The notes under the pieces were generated by a model, which saw only the letters and a program-made list of their open reading frames with translations, was not told the origin of the DNA and did not search any database. Source: Azolla caroliniana (Eukaryota > Plantae > Polypodiophyta). From it: a stretch of 64,000 nt of DNA. The stretch spans positions 1 through 64,000 of the forward strand of contig JBHGNT010000125.1 in assembly GCA_043228905.1 (NCBI GenBank), in the 5' to 3' direction. Made by a program: the position numbers and the translations under genes. This document shows, in pieces, positions 1 through 14,400 of the stretch (its first letter is position 1; each line of letters begins with the position of its first letter).

Positions 1-999
1 TGTAAGTTAAAATATTCATACCTGGCCCGTGTGATATCCGATTTTTGTGTTCAAACATGCGAATCGAAGCTAACAACGCTAGCTATGATATGGAATTAAA
101 AAATCCAGATTTTGACACTCAGGTCGAGAGACATGACGAAATTACCAAATTTGAGGAGGGAGTTGACAAGAGCGCGTGCGTAAATTTAAATGTTCATACC
201 TGGCTCGTGTGATATCGGATTTTTGTGTTCAAATATGCGAATCAAAGCTAACAACGTTACCTATTATATGAAATTAGAAAATCAAGATTTTGAAACTCAG
301 TTCGGGAGACATGACGAAATTACCAAATTTGAGGAGGGAGTTGAGAACAGCGGGTGATAAAATTAAAATGTTCATACCTGGCCCTTGTGATATCGGATTT
401 TTGTGTTCAAACATTCGAATCGAAGCTAACAACGTTACCTATGATATGGAATTTAAAAATCAAGATTTTAAAACTCAGGTCGAGAGACATGAAGAAATTA
501 GTAAATTCGATGAGGGAGTTGAGAAGAAGGCGTGAGTAAATTAAAATGTTCATACCTGGCCCATTCGATATCGGATTTTGGTGTTCAAACATGCGAATCG
601 AAGTAAACAACGCTAGCTATCATATGGAATTACAAAATCCAAATGTTGCAATTCAGGTCGAGAAACATGACGAAATTACCAAATTTGAGGAGGGAGTTGA
701 GAATAGCACGTGAGTAAATTTAAATGTTCATACCTGGCCCGTGTGATATCGAATTTTTGTGTTCAAACATGCGAATCGAAGCTAACAACGTTATCTATGA
801 TATGGGATTAGAAAATCAAGATTTTGAAACTCAGTTCGCGAGACATGACGAAATTACCAAATTTGAGGAGGGAGTTGAGAACAGCGCGTGAGTAAGTTAA
901 AATGATGATACCTGGACCGTGTGATCTCGGATTTTGGTGTTCAAACATGTGAATCGAAGCTAACAACGTTACGTGTGATATAGAATTAAAAAATCAAGA

Positions 1000-3900
1000 T
1001 TTTGAAACTCAGTTCGAGAGACATGACGAAATTACCAAATTTGAGGAGGGAGTTGAGAACAGCGCGTGATAAAATTAAAATGTTCATACCTGGCCCGTGT
1101 GATATCCGATTTTGGTGTTCAAACATGCGAATCGAAGCTAACAACGCTAGTTATGATATGGAATTACAAAATCCAGATTTTGAAACTCAGGTCGAGAAAC
1201 ATGACGAAATTACGAAATTTGAGGAGGGAGTTGACAATAGCGCGTGAGTAAATTAAAATGTTCATACCTAGCCAGTGTGATATCAGATTTTTGTGTTCAA
1301 ACATGCGAATCGAAGCTAACAACGCTACCTATGATATAGAATTAAAAAATCAAGATTTTGAAACTCAGTTCGAGAGACATGACGAAATTACCAAATTTGA
1401 GGAGGGAGTTGAGAAGAGCGCGTGAGTATGTTAAAATGTTCATACCTAGCCCGTGTGATATCGGATTTTTCTGTTCAAATATTCGAATCGAAGCTAACAA
1501 CATTACCTATGATATGGAATTAAAAAATCCAGATTTTGAATCCCAGGTCGAGAGACATGAAGAAATTAGTAAATTCGAGGCGGGAGTTGAGAAGAAGGCG
1601 TGAGTAAATTAAAATGTTCATACCTGGCCCATTCGATATCGGATTTTAGTGTTCAAACATACGAATCGAAGCTAACAACGCTAGCTATGATATGGAATTA
1701 CAAAATAAAGATTTTGAAACCCAGGTCGAGAGACATGACGAAATTACCAAATTTGAGGAGGGAGTTGCGAAGAGCGCGTGAGTAAGTTAAAATGTTCATA
1801 CCTGGCCCGTGTGATATCCGATTTTGGTGTTCAAACATGCGAATCGAAGCTAACAACGCTAGTTATGATATGGAATTACAAAATCAAGATTTTAAAACTC
1901 AGGTCGAGAAACATGACGAAATTACGAAATTCGAGGAGGGAGTTGAGAAGAAGGCGTGAGTAAATTAAAATGTTCATACCTAGCCAGTGTGATATCAGAT
2001 TTTTGTGTTCAAACATGCGAATCGAAGCTAACAACGCTACCTATGATATGGAATTACAAAATCCAGATTTCGAAACCCAGGTCAAGAGACATGACGAAAT
2101 TACCAAATTTGAGGAGGGAGTTGAGAATAGCGCGTGAGTAAGTTAAAATGTTCATACCTGGCCCGTGTGATATCCGATTTTTGTGTTCAAACATTCGAAT
2201 CGAAGCTAACAACGTTACTTATGATATGGAATTAAAAAATCAAAATTTTGAAACTCAGTTCGAGAGACATGACGAAATTACCAAATTTGAGGAGGGAGTT
2301 GAGAAGCGCACGTCAGTATGTTAATATGTTCATTCCTGGCTCGTGTGATATCGGATTTTTGTGGTCAAACATTCGAATCGAAGCTAACAACGTTACCTAT
2401 GATATGGAATTACAAAATCAAGATTTTGAAGCCCAGGTCGAGAGACATGACGAAATTACCAAATTTGAGGAGGGAGTTGAGAAGAGCGCGTGCGTATGTT
2501 AAAATGTTCATACCTGGCCTGTGTGATATCGGATTTTGGTGTTCAAACATGTGAATCGAAGCTAACAACGTTACGTATGATATGGAATTAAAAAATCAAG
2601 ATTTTGAAACTCAGTTCGGGAGACATGACAAAATTACCAAATTTGAGGAGGGAGTTGAGAATAGCGCGTGAGTAAGTTAAAATGTTCATACCTGGCCCGT
2701 GTGATATCCGATTTTGGTGTTCAAACATGCGAATCGAAGCTAACAACGCTAGTTATGATATGGAATTACAAAATCCAGATTTTGAAACTCAGGTCGAGAA
2801 ACATGACGAAATTACGAAATTTGAGGAGGGAGTTGACAATAGCGCGTGAGTAAATTAAAATGTTCATACCTAGCCAGTGTGATATCAGATTTTTGTGTTC
2901 AAACATGCGAATCGAAGCTAACAACGCTACCTATGATATGGAATTAAAAAATCAAAATTTTGAAACTCAGTTCGAGAGACATGACGAAATTACCAAATTT
3001 GAGGAGGGAGTTGAGAACAGCGCGTAAGTAAGTTAAAATGGTCATACCTGGCCCGTGTGATATCCGATTTCTGTGTTCAAACATTCGAATCGAAGCTAAC
3101 AATGTTACTTATGATATGGAATTAGAAAATCAAGATTTTGAAACTCAGTTCGAGAGACATGACGAAATTACCAAATTAGAGGAGGGAGTTGAGAAGAGCG
3201 CGTGCGTATGTTAAAATGTTCATACCTGGCCCTTGTGATATCGGATTTTTGTGTTCAAACATTCGAATCGAAGCTAACAACGTTACCTATGATATGGAAT
3301 TTAAAAATCAAGATTTTAAATCTCAGGTCGAGAGACATGAAGTAATTAGTAAATTCGAGGAGGGAGTTGAGAAGAAGGCGTGAGTAAATTAAAATGTTCA
3401 TACCTGGCCCATTCGATATCGGATTTTGGTGTTCAAACATGCGAATCGAAGCTAACAACGCTAGCTATCATATGGAATTACAAAATCCAAATTTTGAAAT
3501 TCAGGTCGAGAAACATGACGAAATTACCAAATTTGAGGAGAGAGTTGAGAATAGCGCGTGAGTAAATTTAAATGTTCATACCTGGCCCGTGTGATATCGG
3601 ATTTTTCTGTTCAAACTTGCGAATCGAAGCTAACAACGCTACCTATGATATGGAATTAAAAAATCAAGATTTTGAAACTCAGTTCAAGAGACATGACGAA
3701 ATTACCAAATTAGAGGAGGGAGTTGAGAAGAGCGCGTGAGTATGTTAAAATATTCATACCTGGCCCTTGTGATATCGGATTTTTGTGTTCAAACATTCAA
3801 ATCGAAGCTAACAACGTTACCTATAATATGGAATTTAAAAATCAAGATTTTGAAACTCAGTTCGGGAGACATGACGAAATTACCAAATTTGAGGAGGGAG

Positions 3901-6900
3901 TTGAGAACAGCGTGTGATAAAATTAAAATGTTCATACCTGGCCCGTGTGATATCCGATTTTGGTGTTCAAACATGCGAATCGAAGCTAACAACGCTAGTT
4001 ATGATATGGAATTACAAAATCTAGATTTTGAAACTCAGGTCGAGAAACATGACGAAATTACCAAATTAGAGGAGGGAGTTGAGAAGAGCGCGTGAGTAAG
4101 TTAAAATGTTCATACCTGGCCCGTGTGATATCGGATTTTGGTTTTCAAACATGTGAATCGAAGCTAACAACGTTATGTATGATATGGAATTAAAAAATCA
4201 AGATTTTGAAACTCAGTTCGAGAGACATGACGAAATTACCAAATTTGAGGAGGGAGTTGAGAACAGCGCGTGATAAAATTAAAATGTTCATACCTGGCCC
4301 GTGTGATATCGGATTTTTGTGTTCAAACATTCGAATCGAATCTAACGACGTTACCGATGATATGGAATTAAAAAATCAAGATTTTGAAACTCAGGTCGAG
4401 ACACATGAAGTAATTAGTAAATTCGAGGAGGGAGTTGAGAAGAAGGCGTGAGTAAATTAAAATGTTCATACCTGGCCCATTCGATATCGGATTTTGGTGT
4501 TCAAACATGCGAATCGAAGTTAACAACGCTAGCTATCATATTGAATTACAAAATCCAAATTTTGAAATTCAGGTCGAGAGACATGACGAAATTACCAAAT
4601 TTGAGCAGGGAGTTGAGAATAGCGCGTGAGTAAGTGAAAATGTTCATACCTGGGCCGTGTGATATCGGATTTTTGTGTTCAAACATTCGAATCGAAGCTA
4701 ACAACGCTAGCTATGATATGGAATTAAAAAATCCAGATTTTGGCACTCAGGTCGAGAGACATGACGAAATTACCAAATTTGAGGAGGGAGTTGAGAAGAG
4801 CGTGTGCGTCAATTTAAATGTTCATACCTGGCTCGTGTGATATCGGATTTCTGTGTTCAAATATGCGAATCGAAGCTAACAACGTTACCTATTATATGGA
4901 ATTAGAAAATCAAGATTTTGAAACTCAGTTCGGGAGACATGACGAAATTACCAAATTTGAGGAGGGCGTTGAGAACAGCGCGTGATAAAATTAAAATGTT
5001 CATACCTGGCCCGTGTGATATCCGATTTTGGTGTTCAAACATGCGAATCGAAGCTAACAACGCTAGTTATGATATGGAATTACAAAATCCAGATTTTGAA
5101 ACTCAGGTCGAGAAACATGACGAAATTACGAAATTTGAGGAGGGAGTTGACAATAGCGCGTGAGTAAATTAAAATGTTCATACCTAGCCAGTGTGATATC
5201 AGATTTTTGTGTTCAAACATGCGAATCGAAGCTAACAACGCTACCTATGATATAGAATTAAAAAATCAAGATTTTGAAACTCAGTTCGAGAGACATGACG
5301 AAATTACCAAATTTGAGGAGGGAGTTGAGAAGAGCGCGTGAGTATGTTAAAATGTTCATACCTAGCCCGTGTGATATCGGATTTTTCTGTTCAAATATTC
5401 GAATCGAAGCTAACAACATTACCTATGATATGGAATTAAAAAATCCAGATTTTGAATCCCAGGTCGAGAGACATGAAGAAATTAGTAAATTCGAGGCGGG
5501 AGTTGAGAAGAAGGCGTGAGTAAATTAAAATGTTCATACCTGGCCCATTCGATATCGGATTTTAGTGTTCAAACATACGAATCGAAGCTAACAACGCTAG
5601 CTATGATATGGAATTACAAAATAAAGAATTTGAAACCCAGGTCGAGAGACATGACGAAATTACCAAATTTGAGGAGGGAGTTGCGAAGAGCGCGTGAGTA
5701 AGTTAAAATGTTCATACCTGGCCCGTGTGATATCCGATTTTGGTGTTCAAACATGCGAATCGAAGCTAACAACGCTAGTTATGATATGGAATTACAAAAT
5801 CAAGATTTTAAAACTCAGGTCGAGAAACATGACGAAATTACGAAATTCGAGGAGGGAGTTGAGAAGAAGGCGTGAGTAAATTAAAATGTTCATACCTAGC
5901 CAGTGTGATATCAGATTTTTGTGTTCAAACATGCGAATCGAAGCTAACAACGCTACCTATGATATGGAATTACAAAATCCAGATTTCGAAACCCAGGTCA
6001 AGAGACATGACGAAATTACCAAATTTGAGGAGGGAGTTGAGAATAGCGCGTGAGTAAGTTAAAATGTTCATACCTGGCCCGTGTGATATCCGATTTTTGT
6101 GTTCAAACATTCGAATCGAAGATAACAACGTTACCTATGCTATGGAATTACAAAATCCAGATTTCGAAACCCAGGTCGAGAGACATGACGAAATTACCAA
6201 ATTTGAGGAGGGAGTTGAGAATAGCGCGTAAGTAAGTTAAAATTTTCATACCTGGCCCGTGTGATATCCGATTTCTGTGTTCAAACATTCGAATCGAAGC
6301 TAACAATGTTACTTATGATATGGAATTAGAAAATCAAGATTTTGAAACTCAGTTCGAGAGACATGACGAAATTACCAAATTAGAGGAGGGAGTTGAGAAG
6401 AGCGCGTGAGTATGTTAAAATGTTCATACCTGGCCCTTGTGATATCCGATTTTTGTGTTCAAACATTCGAATCGAATCTAACGACGTTACCGATGATATG
6501 GAATTAAAAAATTAAGATTTTGGAACTCAGGTCGAGAGACATGAAGAAATTAGTAAATTCGAGGAGGGAGTTGAGAAGAAGGCGTGAGTAAATTAAAATG
6601 TTCATACCTGGCCCATTCGATATCGGATTTTGGTGTTCAAACATGCGAATCGAAGCTAACAACGCTAGCTATCATATGGAATTACAAAATCCAAATTTTG
6701 AAATTCAGGTCGAGAGACATGACGAAATTACCAAATTTGAGGAGGGAGTTGAGAAGAGCGCGTGAGTAAGTGAAAATGTTCATACCTGGGCCGTGTGATA
6801 TCGGATTTTTGTGTTCAAACATTCGAATCGAAGCTAACAACGCTAGCTATGATATGGAATTAAAAAATCCAGATTTTGATACTCAGGTCGAGAGACATGA

Positions 6901-9900
6901 CGAAATTACCAAATTTGAGGAGGGAGTTGAGAAGAGCGCGTGCGTAAATTTAAATGTTCATACCTGGCTCGTGTGATATCGGATTTTTGTGTTCAAATAT
7001 GCGAATCGAAGCTAACAACGTTACCTATTATATGGAATTAGAAAATCAAGATTTTGAAACTCAGTTCGGGAGACATGACGAAATTACCAAATTTGAGGAG
7101 GGCGTTGAGAACAGCGCGTGATAAAATTAAAATGTTCATACCTGGCCCGTGTGATATCCGATTTTGGTGTTCAAACATGCGAATCGAAGCTAACAACGCT
7201 AGTTATGATATGGAATTACAAAATCCAGATTTTAAAACTCAGGTCGAGAAACATGACGAAATTACGAAATTTGAGGAGGGAGTTGACAATAGCGCGTGAG
7301 TAAATTAAAATGTTCATACCTAGCCAGTGTGATATCAGATTTTTGTGTTCAAACATGCGAATGGAAGCTAACAACGCTACCTATGATATGGAATTAAAAA
7401 ATCCAGATTTCGAAACCCAGGTCGAGAGACATGACGAAATTACCAAATTTGAGGAGGGAGTTGAGAATAGCGCGTAAGTAAGTTAAAATGTTCATACCTG
7501 GCCCGTGTGATATCCGATTCTGTGTTCAAACATTCGAATCGAAGCTAACAATGTTACTTATGATATGGAATTAGAAAATCAAGATTTTGAAACTCAGTTC
7601 GAGAGACATGACGAAATTACCAAATTAGAGGAGGGAGTTGAGAAGAGTGCGTGAGTATGTTAAAATGTTCATACCTGGCCCTTGTGATATCCGATTTTTG
7701 TGTTCAAACATTCGAATCGAATCTAACGACGTTACTGATGATATGGAATTAAAAAATTAAGATTTTGGAACTCAGGTCGAGAGACATGAAGTAATTAGTA
7801 AATTCGAGGAGGGAGTTGAGAAGAAGGCGTGAGTAAATTAAAATGTTCATACCTGGCCCATTCGATATCGGATTTTGGTGTTCAAACATGCGAATCGAAG
7901 CTAACAACGCTAGCTATCATATGGAATTACAAAATCCAAATTTTGAAATTCAGGTCGAGAGACATGACGAAATTACCAAATTTGAGCAGGGAGTTGAGAA
8001 TAGCGCGTGAGTAAGTGAAAATGTTCATACCTGGGCCGTGTGATATCGGATTTTTGTGTTCAAACATTCGAATCGAAGCTAACAACGCTAGCTATGATAT
8101 GGAATTAAAAAATCCAGATTTTGATACTCAGGTCGAGAGACATGACGAAATTACCAAATTTGAGGAGGGAGTTGAGAAGAGCGCGTGCGTAAATTTAAAT
8201 GTTCATACCTGGCTCGTGTGATATCGGATTTTTGTGTTCAAATATGCGAATCGAAGCTAACAACGTTACCTATTATATGGAATTAGAAAATCAAGATTTT
8301 GAAACTCAGTTCGGGAGACATGACAAAATTACCAAATTTGAGGAGGGAGTTGAGAATAGCGCGTGAGTAAGTTAAAATGTTCATACCTGGCCCGTGTGAT
8401 ATCCGATTTTGGTGTTCAAACATGCGAATCGAAGCTAACAACGCTAGTTATGATATGGAATTACAAAATCCAGATTTTGAAACTCAGGTCGAGAAACATG
8501 ACGAAATTACGAAATTTGAGGAGGGAGTTGACAATAGCGCGTGAGTAAATTAAAATGTTCATACCTAGCCAGTGTGATATCAGATTTTTGTGTTCAAACA
8601 TGCGAATCGAAGCTAACAACGCTACCTATGATATGGAATGAAAAAATCAAAATTTTGAAACTCAGTTCGAGAGACATGACGAAATTACCAAATTTGAGGA
8701 GGGAGTTGAGAACAGCGCGTGATAAAATTAAAATGTTCTTACCTGGCCCGTGTGATATCCGATTTTGGTGTTCAAACATGCGAATCGAAGCCAACAACGC
8801 TAGTTATGATATGGAATTACAAAATCCAGATTTTGAAACTCAGCTCGAGAAACATGACGAAATTACGAAATTTGAGGAGGGAGTTGACAATAGCGCGTGA
8901 GTAAATTAAAATGTTCATACCTAGCCAGTGTGATATCAGATTTTTGTGTTCAAACATACGAATCGAAGCTAACAACGTTACCTATGATATGGAATTTAAA
9001 AATCAAGATTTTAAAACTTAGGTCGAGAGACATGAAGAAATTAGTAAATTCGAGCCGGGAGTTGAGAAGAAGGCGTGAGTAAATTAAAATGTTCATACTT
9101 GGCCCATTCGAAATCGGATTTTAGTGTTCAAACATACGAATCGAAGCTAACAACGCTAGCTATGATATGGAATTACAAAATCCAGATTTTGAAACCCAGG
9201 TCAAGCGACATGACGAAATTACCAAATTTCAGGAGGGAGTTGAGAATAGCGCGTGAGTAAGTGAAAATGTTCATACCTGGGCCGTGTGATATCGGATTTT
9301 TGTGTTCAAACATTCGAATCGAAGCTAACAACGCTAGCTATGATATGGAATTAAAAAATCCAGATTTTGACACTCAGGTCGAGAGACATGACGAAATTAC
9401 CAAATTTGAGGAGGGAGTTGAGAACAGCGCGTGAGTAAGTTAAAATGTTGATACCTGGACCGTGTGATCTCGGATTTTTGTGGACAAACATTCGAATCGA
9501 AGATAACAACGTTACCTATGCTATGGAATTACAAAATCAAGATTTTGAAACCCAGGTCGAGAGACATGACGAAATTACCAAATTTGAGGAGGGAGTTGAG
9601 AAGAGCGCGTGCGTAAGGTAAAATGTTCATACCTGGCCCTTGTGATATCGGATTTTTGTGTTCAAACATTCGAATCGAAGCTAACAACGTTACCTATGAT
9701 ATGGAATTTAAAAATCAAGATTTTAAAACTCAGGTCGAGAGACATGAAGAAATTAGTAAATTCGAGGAGGGAGTTGAGAAGAACCGTGAGTAAATTAAAA
9801 TGTTCATACCTGGCCCATTCGATATCGGATTTTGGTGTTCAAACATGCGAATCGAAGTTAACAACGCTAGCTATCATATGAAATTACAAAATCCAAATTT

Positions 9901-12900
9901 TGAAATTCAGGTCGAGAGACATGACGAAATTACCAAATTTGAGCAGGGAGTTGAGAATAGCGCGTGAGTAAGTGAAAATGTTCATACCTGGGCCGTGTGA
10001 TATCGGATTTTTGTGTTCAAACATTCGAATCGAAGCTAACAACGCTAGCTATGATATTGAATTAAAAAATCCAGATTTTGACACTCAGGTCAAGAGACAT
10101 GAGGAAATTACCAAATTTAAGGAGGGAGTTGAGAAGAGCGCGTGCGTAAATTTAAATGTTCATACCTGGCTCGTGTGATATCGGATTTCTGTGTTCAAAT
10201 ATGCGAATCGAAGCTAACAACGTTACCTATTATATGGAATTAGAAAATCAAGATTTTGAAACTCAGTTCGGGAGACATGACGAAATTACCAAATTTGAGG
10301 AGGGAGTTGAGAACAGCGCGTGATAAAATTAAAATGTTCATACCTGGCCCGTGTGATATCCGATTTTGGTGTTCAAACATGCGAATCGAAGCTAACAACG
10401 CTAGTTATGATATGGAATTATAAAATCCAGATTTTGAAACTCAGGTCGAGAAACATGACGAAATTACGAAATTTGAGGAGGGAGTTGACAATAGCGCGTG
10501 AGTAAATTAAAATGTTCATACCTAGCCAGTGTGATATCAGATTTTTGTGTTCAAACATGCGAATCGAAGCTAACAACGCTACCTATGATATGGAATTAAA
10601 AAATCCAGATTTCAAAACCCAGGTCGAGAGACATGACGAAATTACCAAATTTGAGGAGGGAGTTGAGAATAGCGCGTAAGTAAGTTAAAATGGTCATACC
10701 TGGCCCGTGTGATATCCGATTTCTGTGTTCAAACATTCGAATCGAAGCTAACAATGTTACTTATGATATGGAATTAGAAAATCAAGATTTTGAAACTCAG
10801 TTCGAGAGACATGACGAAATTACCAAATTAGAGGAGGGAGTTGAGAAGAGCGCGTGAGTATGTTAAAATGTTCATACCTGGCCCTTGTGATATCGGATTT
10901 TTGTGTTCAAACATTCGAATCGAAGCTAACAACGTTACCTATGATATGGAATTTAAAAATCAAGATTTTAAAACTCAGGTCGAGAGACATGAAGTAATTA
11001 GTAAATTCGAGGAGAGAGTTGAGAAGAAGGCGTGAGTAAATTAAAATGTTCATACCTGGCCCATTCGATATCGGATTTTGGTGTTCAAACATGCGAATCG
11101 AAGCTAACAACGCTAGCTATCATATGGAATTACAAAATCCAAATTTTGAAATTCAGGTCGAGAAACATGACGAAATTACCAAATTTGAGGAGGGAGTTGA
11201 GAATAGCGCGTGAGTAAATTTAAATGTTCATACCTGGCCCGTGTGATATCGGATTTTTGTGTTCAAACTTGCGAATCGAAGCTAACAACGCTACCTATGA
11301 TATGGAATTAAAAAATCAAGATTTTGAAACTCAGTTCAAGAGACATGACGAAATTACCAAATTAGAGGAGGGAGTTGAGAAGAGCGCGTGAGTATGTTAA
11401 AATATTCATACCTGGCCCTTGTGATATCGGATTTTTGTGTTCAAACATTCAAATCGAAGCTAACAACGTTACCTATAATATGGAATTTAAAAATCAAGAT
11501 TTTGAAACTCAGTTCGGGAGACCTGACGAAATTACCAAATTTGAGAAGGGAGTTGAGAACAGCGTGTGATAAAATTAAAATGTTCATACCTGGCCCGTGT
11601 GATATCCGATTTTGGTGTTCAAACATGCGAATCGAAGCTAACAACGCTAGTTATGATATGGAATTACAAAATCCAGATTTTGAAACTCAGGTCGAGAAAC
11701 ATGACGAAATTACCAAATTAGAGGAGGGAGTTCAGAAGAGCGCGTGAGTAAGTTAAAATGTTCATACCTGGCCCGTGTGATATCGGATTTTGGTTTTCAA
11801 ACATGTGAATCGAAGCTAACAACGTTACGTATGATATGGAATTAAAAAATCAAGATTTTGAAACTCAGTTCGAGAGACATGACGAAATTACCAAATTTGA
11901 GGAGGGAGTTGAGAACAGCGCGTGATAAAATTAAAGTGTTCATACCTGGCCCGTGTGATATCGGATTTTTGTGTTCAAACATTCGAATCGAATCTAACGA
12001 CGTTACCGATGATATGGAATTAAAAAATCAAGATTTTGAAACTCAGGTCGAGACACATGAAGTAATTAGTAAATTCGAGGAGGGAGTTGAGAAGAAGGCG
12101 TGAGTAAATTAAAATGTTCATACCTGGCCCATTCGATATCGGATTTTGGTGTTCAAACATGCGAATCGAAGTTAACAACGCTAGCTATCATATTGAATTA
12201 CAAAATCCAAATTTTGAAATTCAGGTCGAGAGACATGACGAAATTACCAAATTTGAGCAGGGAGTTGAGAATAGCGCGTGAGTAAGTGAAAATGTTCATA
12301 CCTGGGCCGTGTGATATAGGATTTTTGTGTTCAAACATTCGAATCGAAGCTAACAACGCTAGCTATGATATGGAATTAAAAAATCCAGATTTTGACACTC
12401 AGGTCGAGAGACATGACGAAATTACCAAATTTGAGGAGGGAGTTGAGAAGAGCGTGTGCGTAAATTTAAATGTTCATACCTGGCTCGTGTGATATCGGAT
12501 TTTTGTGTTCAAATATGCGAATCGAAGCTAACAACGTTACCTATTATATGGAATTAGAAAATCAAGATTTTGAAACTCAGCTCGGGAGACCTGACGAAAT
12601 TACCAAATTTGAGGAGGGAGTTGAGAACAGCGTGTGATAAAATTAAAATGTTCATACCTGGCCCGTGTGATATCCGATTTTGGTGTTCAAACATGCGAAT
12701 CGAAGCTAACAACGCTAGTTATGATATGGAATTACAAAATCCAGATTTTGAAACTCAGGTCGAGAAACATGACGAAATTACGAAATTTGAGGAGGGAGTT
12801 GACAATAGCGCGTGAGTAAATTAAAATGTTCATACCTAGCCAGTGTGATATCAGATTTTTGTGTTCAAACATGCGAATCGAAGCTAACAACGCTACCTAT

Positions 12901-14400
12901 GATATGGAATTAAAAAATCCAGATTTCGAGACCCAGGTCGAGAGACATGACGAAATTACCAAATTTGAGGAGGGAGTTGAGAATAGCGCGTAAGTAAGTT
13001 AAAATGTTCATACCTGGCCCGTGTGATATCCGATTTCTGTGTTCAAACATTCGAATCGAAGCTAACAATGTTACTTATGATATGGAATTAGAAAATCAAG
13101 ATTTTGAAACTCAGTTCGAGAGACATGACGAAATTACCAAATTAGAGGAGGGAGTTGAGAAGAGCGCGTGAGTATGTTAAAATGTTCATACCTGGCCCTT
13201 GTGATATCCGATTTTGGTGTTCAAACATTCGAATCGAATCTAACGACGTTACCGATGATATGGAATTAAAAAATTAAGATTTTGGAACTCAGGTCGAGAG
13301 ACATGAAGAAATTAGTAAATTCGAGGAGGGAGTTGAGAAGAAGGCGTGAGTAAATTAAAATGTTCATACGTGGCCCATTCGATATCGGATTTTGGTGTTC
13401 AAACATGCGAATCGAAGCTAACAACGCTAGCTATCATATGGAATTACAAAATCCAAATTTTGAAATTCAGGTCGAGAGACATGACGAAATTACCAAATTT
13501 GAGCAGGGAGTTGAGAATAGCGCGTGAGTAAGTGAAAATGTTCATACCTGGGCCGTGTGATATCGGATTTTTGTGTTCAAACATTCGAATCGAAGCTAAC
13601 AACGCTACCTATGATATGGAATTAAAAAATCCAGATTTTGATACTCAGGTCGAGAGACATGACGAAATTACCAAATTTGAGGAGGGAGTTGAGAAGAGCG
13701 CGTGCGTAAATTTAAATGTTCATACCTGGCTCGTGTGATATCGGATTTTTGTGTTCAAATATGCGAATCGAAGCTAACAACGTTACCTATTATATGGAAT
13801 TAGAAAATCAAGATTTTGAAACTCAGTTCGGGAGACATGACAAAATTACCAAATTTGAGGAGGGAGTTGAGAATAGCGCGTGAGTAAGTTAAAATGTTCA
13901 TACCTGGCCCGTGTGATATCCGATTTTGGTGTTCAAACATGCGAATCGAAGCTAACAACGCTAGTTATGATATGGAATTACAAAATCTAGATTTTGAAAC
14001 TCAGGTCGAGAAACATGACGAAATTACGAAATTTGAGGAGGGAGTTGACAATAGCACGTGAGTAAATTAAAATGTTCATACCTAGCCAGTGTGATATCAG
14101 ATTTTTGTGTTCAAACATGCGAATCGAAGCTAACAACGCTACCTATGATATGGAATTAAAAAATCAAAATTTTGAAACTCAGTTCGAGAGACATGACGAA
14201 ATTACCAAATTTGAGGAGGGAGTTGAGAACAGCGCGTGATAAAATTAAAATGTTCTTACCTGGCCCGTGTGATATCCGATTTTGGTGTTCAAACATTCGA
14301 ATCGAAGCTAACAACGCTAGTTATGATATGGAATTACAAAATCCAGATTTTGAAACTCAGGTCGAGAAACAGGACGAAATTACGAAATTTGAGGAGGGAG
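1000..14400 (+). repeat. Interleaved block duplications in the forward block (offsets 3916, 7652, 5516-5517, 1245)
   Basis: 1002/4918 to 1956/5872 (3916 = 22 monomers); 3189/10841 to 4982/12634 (7652, ~43 monomers); 7054/12570 to 8719/14236 (~31 monomers); 6584/7829 (7 monomers minus 1 bp). Confidence 0.8.
12100..13345 (+). repeat. Representative 7-monomer (1246-bp) higher-order repeat unit
   Basis: Ordered variant classes GCCCATTCG > GTGAAA..GGGCCG > GCGTAAATTT..GGCTCG > GATAAAA > CTAGCCAG > TAAGTAAG..TTCTG > GAGTATG..GCCCTTG, then back to GCCCATTCG. The same order occurs at 6584-7828, 9786-11031 and on the - strand at 19484-20729, 42261-43506 and 62470-63715. Confidence 0.8.

Noticed and set aside
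1-178. Tandem 5S rRNA, tRNA or snRNA gene array
   Set aside because: I could not recognise any 5S, tRNA cloverleaf or snRNA motifs in the monomer. An Rfam/Infernal scan would settle this.
150-180. GAGGAGGGAG as a Shine-Dalgarno site, G-quadruplex or telomere-like motif
   Set aside because: It has only one GGG run per monomer, so it is not a canonical G4, and it is not a telomeric repeat. The resemblance to a ribosome-binding site is incidental in non-coding satellite DNA.
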